A DNA stretch of 64,000 bases, from the NCBI GenBank assembly GCA_035550795.1, contig DASZOL010000017.1:5113-69112 (forward strand), in the 5' to 3' direction. The DNA comes from Candidatus Methylomirabilota bacterium. GTDB lineage: Bacteria; Methylomirabilota; Methylomirabilia; Rokubacteriales; DASRDR01. The position numbers were made by a program, and so were the translations under genes. Below the pieces are notes generated by a model. That model searched no databases. It saw nothing but the letters and a program-made list of their open reading frames with translations, and was not told the DNA's origin. Shown piece by piece: positions 25,781 to 34,695 of this stretch. Position 1 is the first letter of the stretch. Each line of letters begins with the position of its first letter.

Positions 25781-26674
25781 TCACGGCAGGGAGAGCCGGC
25801 CCGTGAGCACGATGACTGCCTGGCCGCCGACCCGGACACGGGTGGCGCGGCCAGGGACACCGTGCACCTCGACGGCGATCCGCCCGGGCCGGCCCTGGAA
25901 GTCGCCCTGCTCGCCCCGGAACCGCGCCACCCCGTCGGCGGCCCCGAGACCGCCCGTCTCCCAGAGCCACACGCCGATGGCCGCGTGCGAGGACCCGGTC
26001 GCGGGATCCTCCGGGATCCCGACGTGCGGGATGAAGTTCCGGGTGTGGGTGAGAGCGCCCGGCTCGCGCGACTCGCGCGCCGTGAGAACGACCCCGCGAA
26101 CCCCGCGCTCTCGAGCGAGCCGCCCGAGGGATGCCAGGTCGGGCGCGAGCAGACGGAGCGCCTCGAGCCCGGCCACCGGGATCAGCAGGTCCTGCTCGGA
26201 CGTGCGCGCGGGCGGGGCCCACCGGGCGACGGCGCTCGCGGGCAGCCCGAGAACGTCCAGAAACGGCGCGAGGTCGCCAGCCTCCGGCGCCCAGCGCGGG
26301 CAGTCCGGCTCGAACCACGCGGTCCGTGACGCGGGCGCCCCCTCGATCGCGATCGCGAGACGGTGGCGCGGGTGGACGAAGGTGAGCTCGCCTCGCGGGG
26401 CCTCACCGCGCGCCGCAAGCACGTGGGCCGCCGCCACCGTGCCGTGTCCGCAGAGCGTCAGCTCGACTCCGGCCGGCGAGAACCAGCGGAGCCCGCGCTC
26501 GCCGCCGCACACGGGCGGCTGGAGGAAGGCGGTGGCCGGCCGCGCCATCTCCACGGCGACGCCTCGCATCGCGACCTCGTCGAGGCCGCTCGCATCGGGC
26601 ACGACCGCGGCCGGGTTGCCGGTGAACGGGGTGGACGTGAAGACGTCAACGAGGACGACCTCGACCGCTCTCAC
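25781..26674 (-). CDS. PhzF-family isomerase/epimerase-like protein
   Basis: ORF track 297 aa. VDVFTSTPFTGNPAAVV N-terminus, TAFL, LCGHGTVAAAHV, EDPATGSSHAA (PhzF/DapF-like double domain). Confidence 0.85.
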   Translation of the reverse strand: MRAVEVVLVDVFTSTPFTGNPAAVVPDASGLDEVAMRGVAVEMARPATAFLQPPVCGGERGLRWFSPAGVELTLCGHGTVAAAHVLAARGEAPRGELTFVHPRHRLAIAIEGAPASRTAWFEPDCPRWAPEAGDLAPFLDVLGLPASAVARWAPPARTSEQDLLIPVAGLEALRLLAPDLASLGRLARERGVRGVVLTARESREPGALTHTRNFIPHVGIPEDPATGSSHAAIGVWLWETGGLGAADGVARFRGEQGDFQGRPGRIAVEVHGVPGRATRVRVGGQAVIVLTGRLSLP

Positions 26675-26756
26675 CTCGCTACCCTCGCGCCGCCCTCGTT
26701 GATCGGATGGCCTTCGGCCTTTGGCGGCTTGCGACAGGCCTGCGGCCGGCTGGCGA

Positions 26757-27311
26757 TCACGCGTCCTTGCCCGTGATCACCCAGAGCGTCCGCGCCGTGC
26801 CCGAGCCGACGTTCTCCCACGTGTGTGGAACGCCCCCGTCCAGAAACGCCGAGTCGCCCGTCTCAAGGAGGTGGCGCTCGCCGTTGTACTGGAGGGCGAT
26901 CTTCCCCTCGATGACGTACATGAGCTTCATCTGACCCGGCTCGATCAGGACGCGCTCGGGGGGCACGCTCGCGCCCCGCCGGCCGAGCGTCGAGACGACC
27001 GCGCGCACCTTGCCCCGGAAGAGGCCGGCCGCCAGGACCTCCCAGCGCTCGGTCGACCCGTCGAAGCTGACGACCGCGTAGTCCTTCCGCCGCCCGAGGT
27101 GCAGTTGGCCGTTCGGGGCCTGCTCGAAGAAGGCCCCGATCGGAACACCGAGGGCGCTCGCCAGCCGCCCCAGGGTGTGAAGGGACGGCGTCAGCTTGTC
27201 GGACTCGATCTGGGACACCAGGCTCGGCGTGAGCCCGGCGGTCCCCGCCAGCGCCTTCTGCCGGATGCCGCGATCCGTCCGCAGCCCACGGATCCGCGCC
27301 CCGAGGGACAC
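26757..27311 (-). CDS. XRE-family HTH transcriptional regulator with C-terminal cupin sensor domain
   Basis: ORF track 184 aa. HTH IRGLRTDRGIRQKALAGTAGLTPSLVSQIESDK, and cupin GKIALQYNGERHLLETGDSAFLDGGVPHTWEN. The start is 3 nt after the boxB stop. Confidence 0.85.
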   Translation of the reverse strand: MSLGARIRGLRTDRGIRQKALAGTAGLTPSLVSQIESDKLTPSLHTLGRLASALGVPIGAFFEQAPNGQLHLGRRKDYAVVSFDGSTERWEVLAAGLFRGKVRAVVSTLGRRGASVPPERVLIEPGQMKLMYVIEGKIALQYNGERHLLETGDSAFLDGGVPHTWENVGSGTARTLWVITGKDA

Positions 27312-27314
27312 CGG

Positions 27315-28727
27315 TCAGCTCCGGACGTACTCGAAGTCGACGGGATTCCCGTTGATCCCGCGGGCGGGCGGCGCGATCCAGCTGGCGAACTTGCCGCGCT
27401 CGACGACCGGGGCCATCAGGCTCTGCACGAACGCCTTGTCGTTCTCCGTTGGCAGCCACTCCCCGTGTCGCGCGTCCCACTCCGCCTGGCTGACCACCCG
27501 GCCGTCGGGCGACACGCGCGCCTCCGCGAATGCCCCGATCGCCCGGTGGAAGCCGCGATGGGGTAGCCGGAGCTCCAAATCGACCCCGTGCTTCCGGATC
27601 GTCTCGTTCCAGCGGTCGACGCCGCGCTGGCAGTCCGCGACGTAATCGTCCCGAAGGCGCTCGTTGAGCGCGGTCAGCGCCGCCTCCTCCCGCGTCACGA
27701 CACGCTCGCCGTCGAGCTGGGTCACCGGGTACGTCGCGTCCGCGAGCACGTGGTCGTCGGTCTTCTTGCCCTCCTCGAACCGGCCCTTGAGGCCCGCGGT
27801 GTAGAAGTTGGCGGCGTTGGTCGAGATCTCGCCCCCGAACAGGTCGATCGAGACGGAGAAGTGAAAGTTCAGGTAGCGCTGGATCGTGGCCAGGTCGATG
27901 ACCCCGTGCTTCCGGACGTCGTCCGTGCGATGCTCCCGCATCGCCTCGCAGGTGCGCTGGACGACCCGTCCCAGGCCTGCCTCGCCGACGAACATGTGGT
28001 GCGCTTCCTCGGTCAGCATGAAGCGGCAGGTGCGGGATAGCGGATCGAACCCGCTCTCGGCGAGGCTCGCGAGCTGATACTTGCCGTCCCGGTCGGTGAA
28101 GTAGGTGAACATGAAGAACGAGAGCCAATCGGGCGTCTTCTCGTTGAACGCGCCAAGGATGCGCGGCTTGTCCTGGTCCCCCGAATGACGCTGGAGCAGC
28201 GCCTCCGCCTCCTCCCGGCCGTCGCGGCCGAAGTGCGCGTGAAGGAGGTACACCATCGCCCAGAGGTGCCGGCCCTCCTCCACGTTGACCTGGAAGAGGT
28301 TGCGCAGGTCGTAGAGCGACGGGCACGTTCGCCCGAGTTGGCGCTGCTGCTCCACCGACGCGGGCTCGGTGTCGCCCTGCGTGACGATCAGCCGCCGCAG
28401 CGTGCCGCGGTGCTCCCCCGGGACGTCCTGCCACGCCGCCTGGCCACGGTGGGCTCCGAAGCCGATCGTGCGCCCCGGCTCGGGCTCGGCGAGGAAGATG
28501 CCCCACCGGTACTCAGGCATCCGCACGTAGTCGAAGTGCGCCCATCCCTGCGCATCCACGCTGATCGCCGTGCGGAGGTAGACGTCCCTCGCCTGGAACC
28601 CCTCGGGCCCCATCTCGTGCCACCACTGGAGGAACCGCGGCTGCCACTCCTCGAGCGCCCGCAGGAGGCGCCGGTCCTCGTGGAGGCGGACGTTGTTCGG
28701 GATGCGCTCCTGGTAGTCGACCGCCAT
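27315..28727 (-). CDS. boxB: benzoyl-CoA 2,3-epoxidase (benzoyl-CoA oxygenase) component B, di-iron
   Basis: ORF track 470 aa. N-terminus MAVDYQERIPNNVRLHEDRRLLRALEEWQP is characteristic of BoxB. Two EExH di-iron motifs (NVEEGRHLW, LTEEAHHMF). The start shares 1 nt with the boxC stop. Confidence 0.9.
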   Translation of the reverse strand: MAVDYQERIPNNVRLHEDRRLLRALEEWQPRFLQWWHEMGPEGFQARDVYLRTAISVDAQGWAHFDYVRMPEYRWGIFLAEPEPGRTIGFGAHRGQAAWQDVPGEHRGTLRRLIVTQGDTEPASVEQQRQLGRTCPSLYDLRNLFQVNVEEGRHLWAMVYLLHAHFGRDGREEAEALLQRHSGDQDKPRILGAFNEKTPDWLSFFMFTYFTDRDGKYQLASLAESGFDPLSRTCRFMLTEEAHHMFVGEAGLGRVVQRTCEAMREHRTDDVRKHGVIDLATIQRYLNFHFSVSIDLFGGEISTNAANFYTAGLKGRFEEGKKTDDHVLADATYPVTQLDGERVVTREEAALTALNERLRDDYVADCQRGVDRWNETIRKHGVDLELRLPHRGFHRAIGAFAEARVSPDGRVVSQAEWDARHGEWLPTENDKAFVQSLMAPVVERGKFASWIAPPARGINGNPVDFEYVRS

Positions 28728-30409
28728 CAGGCTCTCCTCCGATCGAACTCCGGGCGCTGGCCCGTCCCGTAGACCCGGAGCGCTCCCCGCTCCCCCACCG
28801 CGTTCGGGCGCTGGAAGATCCAGTTCTGCCAGGCCGACAGCCGCGCGAAGACCTTGCTCTCGATGGTCTCCGGCCCCCCGAAGCGCAGCGAGGCCTCCAT
28901 GCCGGTCAGGGCGTCCGGCGAGAACGCCGCCCGCTCCTCGATGGCGATTCGCACCTCGTCGTCCCAGTCGATGTCGTCGGGTGTGAACGTGACCAGCCCG
29001 GCCTCCGTCGCGGCCCGCGCGTCCAGATCCTCGCCGATCCGGCGCTTCAGCTCGTCGATCCGGGCGCGCTCGCCGAGGAACCGACTCTCAAGGCGCGTGA
29101 GCCCGTTGACCATCGGGTGGGCTCCGAAGCTCGGCTCGCCCAGCCGGACGGTCGCCGCCGGGCCGGCGGCGCCCTCGCGCGTCCCCTCGAGCATGTACGA
29201 GCGGTCGGCGGCGAGGACCAGCTCGAAGAGGGTGCCCGCGAAGCACGAGCCAGGCTCGATCAGCGCGAACACGGACCGTGAGGAGACGTCGATGCGCTTC
29301 AGCACGCGCTTCCAGAAGAGCCGGATCTCCCGTACGAGCCAGTCGGCCTGGTGGTCGGCCAGCAGCCGGTCGTACGCCGCCACACCGTCGGCGCTTCCCG
29401 ACGTCCGCAGCACCCACACCCCCACCTCCTCCTCGTTGGTGCGGAGGTGCAGGATCAGATCGTCGAGCTCCCGCGCGAGGGCCAGCGGCCAGAAGGCGGC
29501 GCCCTGGGCATGAAGCCCGGCTAGATCGCCCGGCGGCGCGCCGTCCGGACCCGCCACGCCGATCTCCGCCACGCCCCGCGCCCGGTCGATCGCGCAGGTC
29601 AGGTGGTGGTAGGCGATCCGGTCCCCCTCGATCGTCCGGCCGAGCGGCGAGAGCTCGATCCCCCTGGCGGACGCGGGCCGGTCGCTCCGCTCCGCGAGCT
29701 GGACCGCACGCTCCCGGGCCCCCTCGGCGAGCCGGGAGCGCGGGACGACCTCGTCGACCAGTCCCCACTCCACCGCCCGGCGGCCCTTGATGCCTTCCTC
29801 CAGCGTGCAGAAGACGTCCGCGCGGTCCCGCCGGACGTGGCGCTTGTCGACCAGACGCGTGAGCCCTCCCGTGCCGGGCAGCACTGCCAGGAGCGGCACC
29901 TCCGGAAGGGACACGGCCGTGTTCCCGTCGTCCGCCATGAGGATCCAGTCGGTCGCCAGGGCCAGCTCGTAGCCCCCGCCGGCGCAGGGCCCGTTCACCA
30001 CGGTGAGATAGCGCTGGCCGGATGACGCGCTCGCCTCCTCCATCGCGTTCCTCGTCTCGTTCGTGAACTTGCAGAAGTTCACCTTCCAGCCATGTCCAGA
30101 CTGGCTCAGCATGCGAATGTTGGCCCCGGCGCAGAACACCCGCTCCTTGAGCGAGGTGATCATCACGGCGCCGACCTCGGGATGCTCGAAACGGAGCCGC
30201 TGGATCGCGTCGGCCAGCTCGATGTCGACGCCGAGGTCGTAGGAGTTGAGCTTCAGCTCGTAGCCGGACCGGAGCCCGCCGTCCTCCCGGACGTCCATCG
30301 CGAGCGTCGCCACGCGACCCTCGACGCTGAGCTTCCAGTGCCGGTAGCGCGACGGATCCGTCCGGAAGTCCACCGGAGTCGTCGGCTGGCTCGCAGCGCG
30401 TTCCGCCAT
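28727..30409 (-). CDS. boxC: 2,3-epoxybenzoyl-CoA dihydrolase (benzoyl-CoA-dihydrodiol lyase), crotonase superfamily
   Basis: ORF track 560 aa. YRHWKLSVEGRVATLAMDVREDGGLRSGYELKLNSYDLGVDIEL and FCAGANI blocks; size is typical of BoxC. Confidence 0.9.
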   Translation of the reverse strand: MAERAASQPTTPVDFRTDPSRYRHWKLSVEGRVATLAMDVREDGGLRSGYELKLNSYDLGVDIELADAIQRLRFEHPEVGAVMITSLKERVFCAGANIRMLSQSGHGWKVNFCKFTNETRNAMEEASASSGQRYLTVVNGPCAGGGYELALATDWILMADDGNTAVSLPEVPLLAVLPGTGGLTRLVDKRHVRRDRADVFCTLEEGIKGRRAVEWGLVDEVVPRSRLAEGARERAVQLAERSDRPASARGIELSPLGRTIEGDRIAYHHLTCAIDRARGVAEIGVAGPDGAPPGDLAGLHAQGAAFWPLALARELDDLILHLRTNEEEVGVWVLRTSGSADGVAAYDRLLADHQADWLVREIRLFWKRVLKRIDVSSRSVFALIEPGSCFAGTLFELVLAADRSYMLEGTREGAAGPAATVRLGEPSFGAHPMVNGLTRLESRFLGERARIDELKRRIGEDLDARAATEAGLVTFTPDDIDWDDEVRIAIEERAAFSPDALTGMEASLRFGGPETIESKVFARLSAWQNWIFQRPNAVGERGALRVYGTGQRPEFDRRRA

Positions 30410-30419
30410 GGGACCCTCG

Positions 30420-31184
30420 TCAGTCGACCCGCGACTCGTCGCGGTACATGACCTTGTGGCGCGTCGTCTTGATCCACGCGTCGATGTCGGCGTCGGTCAT
30501 GAACGCCTCGGGGTCGAAGCGGCCCCAGCTCATGATCTGCGCGAGCGACTTCTTCCACCGCTTGTAGGACGGCTTGGCCGGCGGCCCGAAGCACATGATG
30601 TCGATCACGTCGAGCGCGTCCGGAACCCCCAGCAGGGGCTTGACCTGCCGCTGGATCTCCTCCTGCCCGATCGCGGTGATCCACCACACGGCGTACCCGA
30701 GCGCCGCAGCCGCCAGGTGGGCCGACATCGTGGAGGCGGCCACGCTCTGGAGCAGGATCCGCTCGGCGTTCCTCTTGTAGAGCCGGTCGAGCTCCGAGTC
30801 GTCGTTCAGGACGGGAAACGCCCGGATGAAGCGGAAGTCGGCGACGATCACGACCAGGCCGGGAGCGGTCTTGACGCCGTTGTAGTTGGGCGTCGGGAAC
30901 CCCATTCGGAGCTTCGCCCGGTGCTGCTGCTCCGCGACGAACAGCTCCCCGATCCGCCGCTTGACCCCGGGGTCGGTCACCACGACGTAGTGCCAGGGCT
31001 GGGCGTTCGCGCCGGAGGGAGCGTGGCGGGCGGCCTCCAGGATCATCCCGAAGTGCTCGCGCGGGACCTCGTACGGGGCGAAGGCCCGGTTGGTCATCCT
31101 CGCGCGCACCACCTCCATCAGCACCTCGTAGCGCGCGAGGTTGTTGAACGGGGCGGCTGGAACCGCGGCGGCCTGCCCGAACAT
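30420..31184 (-). CDS. nitroreductase-family flavoprotein (FMN-dependent oxidoreductase fold)
   Basis: Within ORF 30420..31268; ATG at 31184 (MFGQAAAVPAAP...), 254 aa. R(A/S)xRxF-type N-terminal motif RMTNRAF and HAPSGANAQPWHYVVV. Lies 10 nt upstream of boxC and 38 nt downstream of hcrB. Confidence 0.8.
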   Translation of the reverse strand: MFGQAAAVPAAPFNNLARYEVLMEVVRARMTNRAFAPYEVPREHFGMILEAARHAPSGANAQPWHYVVVTDPGVKRRIGELFVAEQQHRAKLRMGFPTPNYNGVKTAPGLVVIVADFRFIRAFPVLNDDSELDRLYKRNAERILLQSVAASTMSAHLAAAALGYAVWWITAIGQEEIQRQVKPLLGVPDALDVIDIMCFGPPAKPSYKRWKKSLAQIMSWGRFDPEAFMTDADIDAWIKTTRHKVMYRDESRVD

Positions 31185-31222
31185 GGCTCCCTCCTGTGTC
31201 ACTCGCCGACCTCGCCTCGGGG

Positions 31223-32263
31223 CTACCGGGCCTCTTCCACCGCTCGCGCCGCCATCCCGGAGGGCCACAGCCCCTCGATGGGCAACCCGGCCAGCTCCCG
31301 GAGCGCGCGGGCCACGTAGACCCGCGTCATCCGCTTCCGATAGTGATAGACGAGGTCGGTGTTGTCGAGCGGCTTCGCCGGGCGGGCGGCGGCCTCGGCC
31401 GCCCGCGCGATGACCTCCGGATCAAGGCGCTGGCCGACGAGCGCGCGCGCGGCCTCCGGCACCTCGCGCGGCGTCGAGGCCACCGCCCCGAGCACGATCC
31501 GGGCCTCCCGGCACACGCCGGTCTCGAGGCGCACGGCGACCGCGACGCCGAGCACGGGGAAGTCGAACGCCCCGCGCCGCCGGAGCTTCCAGTACGTCGC
31601 GCGCCAGCCGTCGACGGGGGGAAGATGGAGCTCGGTCAGGATCTCGTCCGGCGCCTTGCCGAGATACTCGATGCCGTCGTCCCGGAAGAGCCCGGCGACC
31701 GGGATCCGGCGCTCGCCCGCCGGGCCGGCGAGGGTCACCTCGGCACCCAGCGCCCAGAGCACCGGCGCGGTGTCCGAGGACGACACGGCCCAGCAGCGCG
31801 GGCTGCCCGGCGCCACCAGGCAGATGTCGCCGTCCCTCTTCATGCAGAAGCCGATGGCCCGGCGCCACTCGTAGGACTGGTTGTAGTAGTTGCAGCGCGT
31901 GTCGACGCAGACGTTGCCGCCGAGCGTCCCCATGTTGCGGAGCTGGGGCGTCGAGACCACGCCGGCCGCCCGCGCGAGCGCGGGGTAGTGCGCGGCGATC
32001 TCCGGGTGCCCCGAGACCCGCGTGAGCGTCGCGGCGGCCCCCACGACCATGCCATCCCGCCCGCTGCCGTGGATCCTCGTAAGCTCCCGGATGCCGCGCA
32101 GGCCGACCAGCACCCGCGGCTCCATCTGGAGGCGTTTCATGTTGGGGTAGAGATCGGTCCCGCCCGCCACCACCGCGGCCTCGCGGCCATGCTCGCTCAG
32201 GAGCCGGACCGCTTCGTCGGTCCGCCGCGGGGCGAGGTACGTGAAGGGCGGCAGCCGCATCAT
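31223..32263 (-). CDS. hcrB: 4-hydroxybenzoyl-CoA reductase beta (FAD + [4Fe-4S]) subunit
   Basis: ORF track 346 aa. CoxM/XdhB-type FAD domain (AGGTDLYPNMK, MGTLGGN). It also carries the Cys-rich insertion CVDTRCNYYNQSYEWRRAIGFCMKRDGDICLVAPGSPRCWA. This matches the pattern (CxDTRCx(F/Y)YNQS..W....G(Y/F)C.K..GD.C.V....S.RC) I recall for the extra [4Fe-4S] loop of Thauera HcrB. Confidence 0.8.
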   Translation of the reverse strand: MMRLPPFTYLAPRRTDEAVRLLSEHGREAAVVAGGTDLYPNMKRLQMEPRVLVGLRGIRELTRIHGSGRDGMVVGAAATLTRVSGHPEIAAHYPALARAAGVVSTPQLRNMGTLGGNVCVDTRCNYYNQSYEWRRAIGFCMKRDGDICLVAPGSPRCWAVSSSDTAPVLWALGAEVTLAGPAGERRIPVAGLFRDDGIEYLGKAPDEILTELHLPPVDGWRATYWKLRRRGAFDFPVLGVAVAVRLETGVCREARIVLGAVASTPREVPEAARALVGQRLDPEVIARAAEAAARPAKPLDNTDLVYHYRKRMTRVYVARALRELAGLPIEGLWPSGMAARAVEEAR

Positions 32264-34695
32264 CGGCGGATGGGCTCCTTCCCGTGGACGGCCCCGGCCG
32301 CGCGGCCTTCAGGATCGACCCAGGGCGGCGGGACGCGGATCGGGTCCGGGAAGCTGACGTGGGGCAGCCGCTCCGGCCCGACGCGCGGCGGCTTCCCCTG
32401 AGTCTTCAGGTCGAGCGCCTTCAGGATCTTCTCAGGGGTGATCGGCACCTCGTCGATCCGCACGCCAATCGCGTCGTAGACCGCGTTCGCCACCGCCGGG
32501 ATGACCGGCAGGAGCGGGCCCTGGCCGGCTTCCTTGGCGCCGAACGGCCCCTCGGGGTCCCGCGTCTCGACGAGGAGTGTCGTGATCTCCGGCGTCTCGA
32601 GGGTCGTGGGGCTCTTGTACTCGAGGAGGGATGGGATCTTGTGGAGACCGTGGGCGCGGAAGGCCGACTCCTCCATGAGGGCCTCCCCGAGCCCCATGTA
32701 GATGGAGCCCTCGACCTGGCCCTCCACGAGGAGCGGGTTGATGGCCGTGCCCCCGTCGTGGGCGATCCAGACCCGCTCCACGCGGACATCGCCGGTTTCC
32801 CGATCGACCTCCAGCTCGACGGCGCAGGCGGAGTACGAGTACGCGGGGGTCGGGCCCACGCCCGAGCCCTTGAACTTGGCGGCGCGGCGCGGCGGCGTGT
32901 AGGAGCCCGCGGCGACGAGCGTCCCGTGCGCCGACTCCGCCAGCCGCGCCGCCTCATCGAAGGCGAGCGCCCGGCCCGGGTCGTCCCGCACGAAGATCCG
33001 CCGGTCGCGCGCATCGAGGTCGTCGGGCGACGCCTCGAGCTTCTTCGCCGCCGCGGCGAACAGGGTGCCCCGGACCTTCTCGGCGGCTTCACGGGCGGCG
33101 TTGCCTGTCATGAGCGTGACGCGCGAGGAGTACGAGCCCAGGTCCACCGGGGTCAGGTCCGTGTCGGCGGTGACAACCCGCACGTCTTCCGGCCGGACGC
33201 CGAGGACCTCGGCGACGACGTAGGCAAGGACCGAGTCGGATCCCTGGCCGATGTCGATCGAGCCGCAGAACGCCGCGACGCCGCCGCCACGGTCGACCTT
33301 CAGCATGACGCCGGAGTGCGGCATGTCGTTCCAGTAGATCGGGAGCCCGGCCCCGGACAGGTACGCGGAGGCCGCGAAGCCGATCCCGCGGCCCGGGGGC
33401 AGCTTCCGGAACTTGTCGCGCCATCCGGACGCGTCCACCACGCGGTCGATGCAGTCGGAAAGGCCGCATGTCGTCACGGTCAGGTGGTTGACCGTTTTCT
33501 CGTGCTCGGGCACGACGGCGCGCCGCCGCATCGCCGCCGGGTCCAGGCCGAGCTCCGCGGCGATCTTGTCGAGGTGGACCTCCAGAGCAAAGCGGGGCTG
33601 CGGCGTTCCGTGACCGCGCTTGGGACCGCACGGAGGCTTGTTCGTGAAGACGCGGCACCCTTCGAACTTGTATCGCGCGATCCGGTACGTGACGGTCTGG
33701 AGCGCGCCGGTGTAGAACGTGGACGCGACGCCATATGAACCGTACGCTCCGCCGTCGAGCCACGTCCGGAAGTGCAGCGCGAGGATCTCGCCGTCCTTCC
33801 GGACACCAGACCGGACCCACATGAGGACCGGGTGGCGGCCCCGGTGCGTGTAGAAGACCTCCTCGCGGGTGAGAGTCGTCTTGACCGGCCGGCCCGTGAG
33901 CTGAGCCAGCCGCGCGACGACCATCTCGTGGCTGAAGGGGTCGGACTTGCCTCCGAAGCCGCCGCCGTTCGGCGTCGCGATCACGCGCACGTGACTCATG
34001 GGCACGCCGAGGACCTTCCCGAGCGCGCGGTGAACATAGTGCGGCGTCTGGGTCGAAGACCAGAGGGTGAGCTTCCCGTCCGGGGTCCACTGGGCGACGG
34101 CGGCGTGCTGCTCCATCGGGAGGTGCGTGTTTCCCTCGAAGAAGAAGACGTCCTCGCGGACCAGGTCGGCCTCGCGGAACCCCTCCTCGACGTCGCCGAA
34201 CTCGAGAGAGACGAGCTTGTGGATGTTGTGCCCGTCGCCGTACTCGTGGATCCGGTGGGACCCCTCCCGGAGCGCGGCCTCGATCGACATCAGCGAATCC
34301 AGCGGCGCGTACTCCACCTCGATCAGCCGGGCGGCCGCCTCCGCGGTCTCCTCGTCCACGGCGGCGACGGCCGCCACGGGGTCCCCCACGAACCGGACCT
34401 TCTCCACGCAGAGCGGCTCCTCGTCCTGGCTCACGGGCATGATCCCGAACCGGACGGGCCGGAAATCCCGCCCCGTGATGACCGCGTAGACTCCGGACAG
34501 GGCCGCCGCCCGCGCCGTGTCGATCCGGCGGATGAGGGCGTGCGGATGCTGGGCTCGCAGGAGCTTCGCGTACGCCATGCGCGGGAGGGCGAGGTCGTCC
34601 GCGAAGCGCGTCTCGCCGGTCACCTTCGCCCAGGCGTCGACCTTCGGAAGCCGATGCCCGACGACGGACAGGGGCCGCCCGGACGGGTTACTCAC
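32260..34695 (-). CDS. hcrA: 4-hydroxybenzoyl-CoA reductase alpha (molybdopterin) subunit, xanthine-dehydrogenase family
   Basis: Within ORF 32260..35052; GTG at 34695 overlaps the hcrC TGA (VSNPSGRPLSVVGHRLPKVDAWAKVTGETRFADD), 811 aa. Aldehyde-oxidase/XDH a/b-hammerhead and Mo-binding blocks (GGGFGGK, ECGQG-like GAKEAGQG). Confidence 0.8.
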   Translation of the reverse strand: MSNPSGRPLSVVGHRLPKVDAWAKVTGETRFADDLALPRMAYAKLLRAQHPHALIRRIDTARAAALSGVYAVITGRDFRPVRFGIMPVSQDEEPLCVEKVRFVGDPVAAVAAVDEETAEAAARLIEVEYAPLDSLMSIEAALREGSHRIHEYGDGHNIHKLVSLEFGDVEEGFREADLVREDVFFFEGNTHLPMEQHAAVAQWTPDGKLTLWSSTQTPHYVHRALGKVLGVPMSHVRVIATPNGGGFGGKSDPFSHEMVVARLAQLTGRPVKTTLTREEVFYTHRGRHPVLMWVRSGVRKDGEILALHFRTWLDGGAYGSYGVASTFYTGALQTVTYRIARYKFEGCRVFTNKPPCGPKRGHGTPQPRFALEVHLDKIAAELGLDPAAMRRRAVVPEHEKTVNHLTVTTCGLSDCIDRVVDASGWRDKFRKLPPGRGIGFAASAYLSGAGLPIYWNDMPHSGVMLKVDRGGGVAAFCGSIDIGQGSDSVLAYVVAEVLGVRPEDVRVVTADTDLTPVDLGSYSSRVTLMTGNAAREAAEKVRGTLFAAAAKKLEASPDDLDARDRRIFVRDDPGRALAFDEAARLAESAHGTLVAAGSYTPPRRAAKFKGSGVGPTPAYSYSACAVELEVDRETGDVRVERVWIAHDGGTAINPLLVEGQVEGSIYMGLGEALMEESAFRAHGLHKIPSLLEYKSPTTLETPEITTLLVETRDPEGPFGAKEAGQGPLLPVIPAVANAVYDAIGVRIDEVPITPEKILKALDLKTQGKPPRVGPERLPHVSFPDPIRVPPPWVDPEGRAAGAVHGKEPIRR

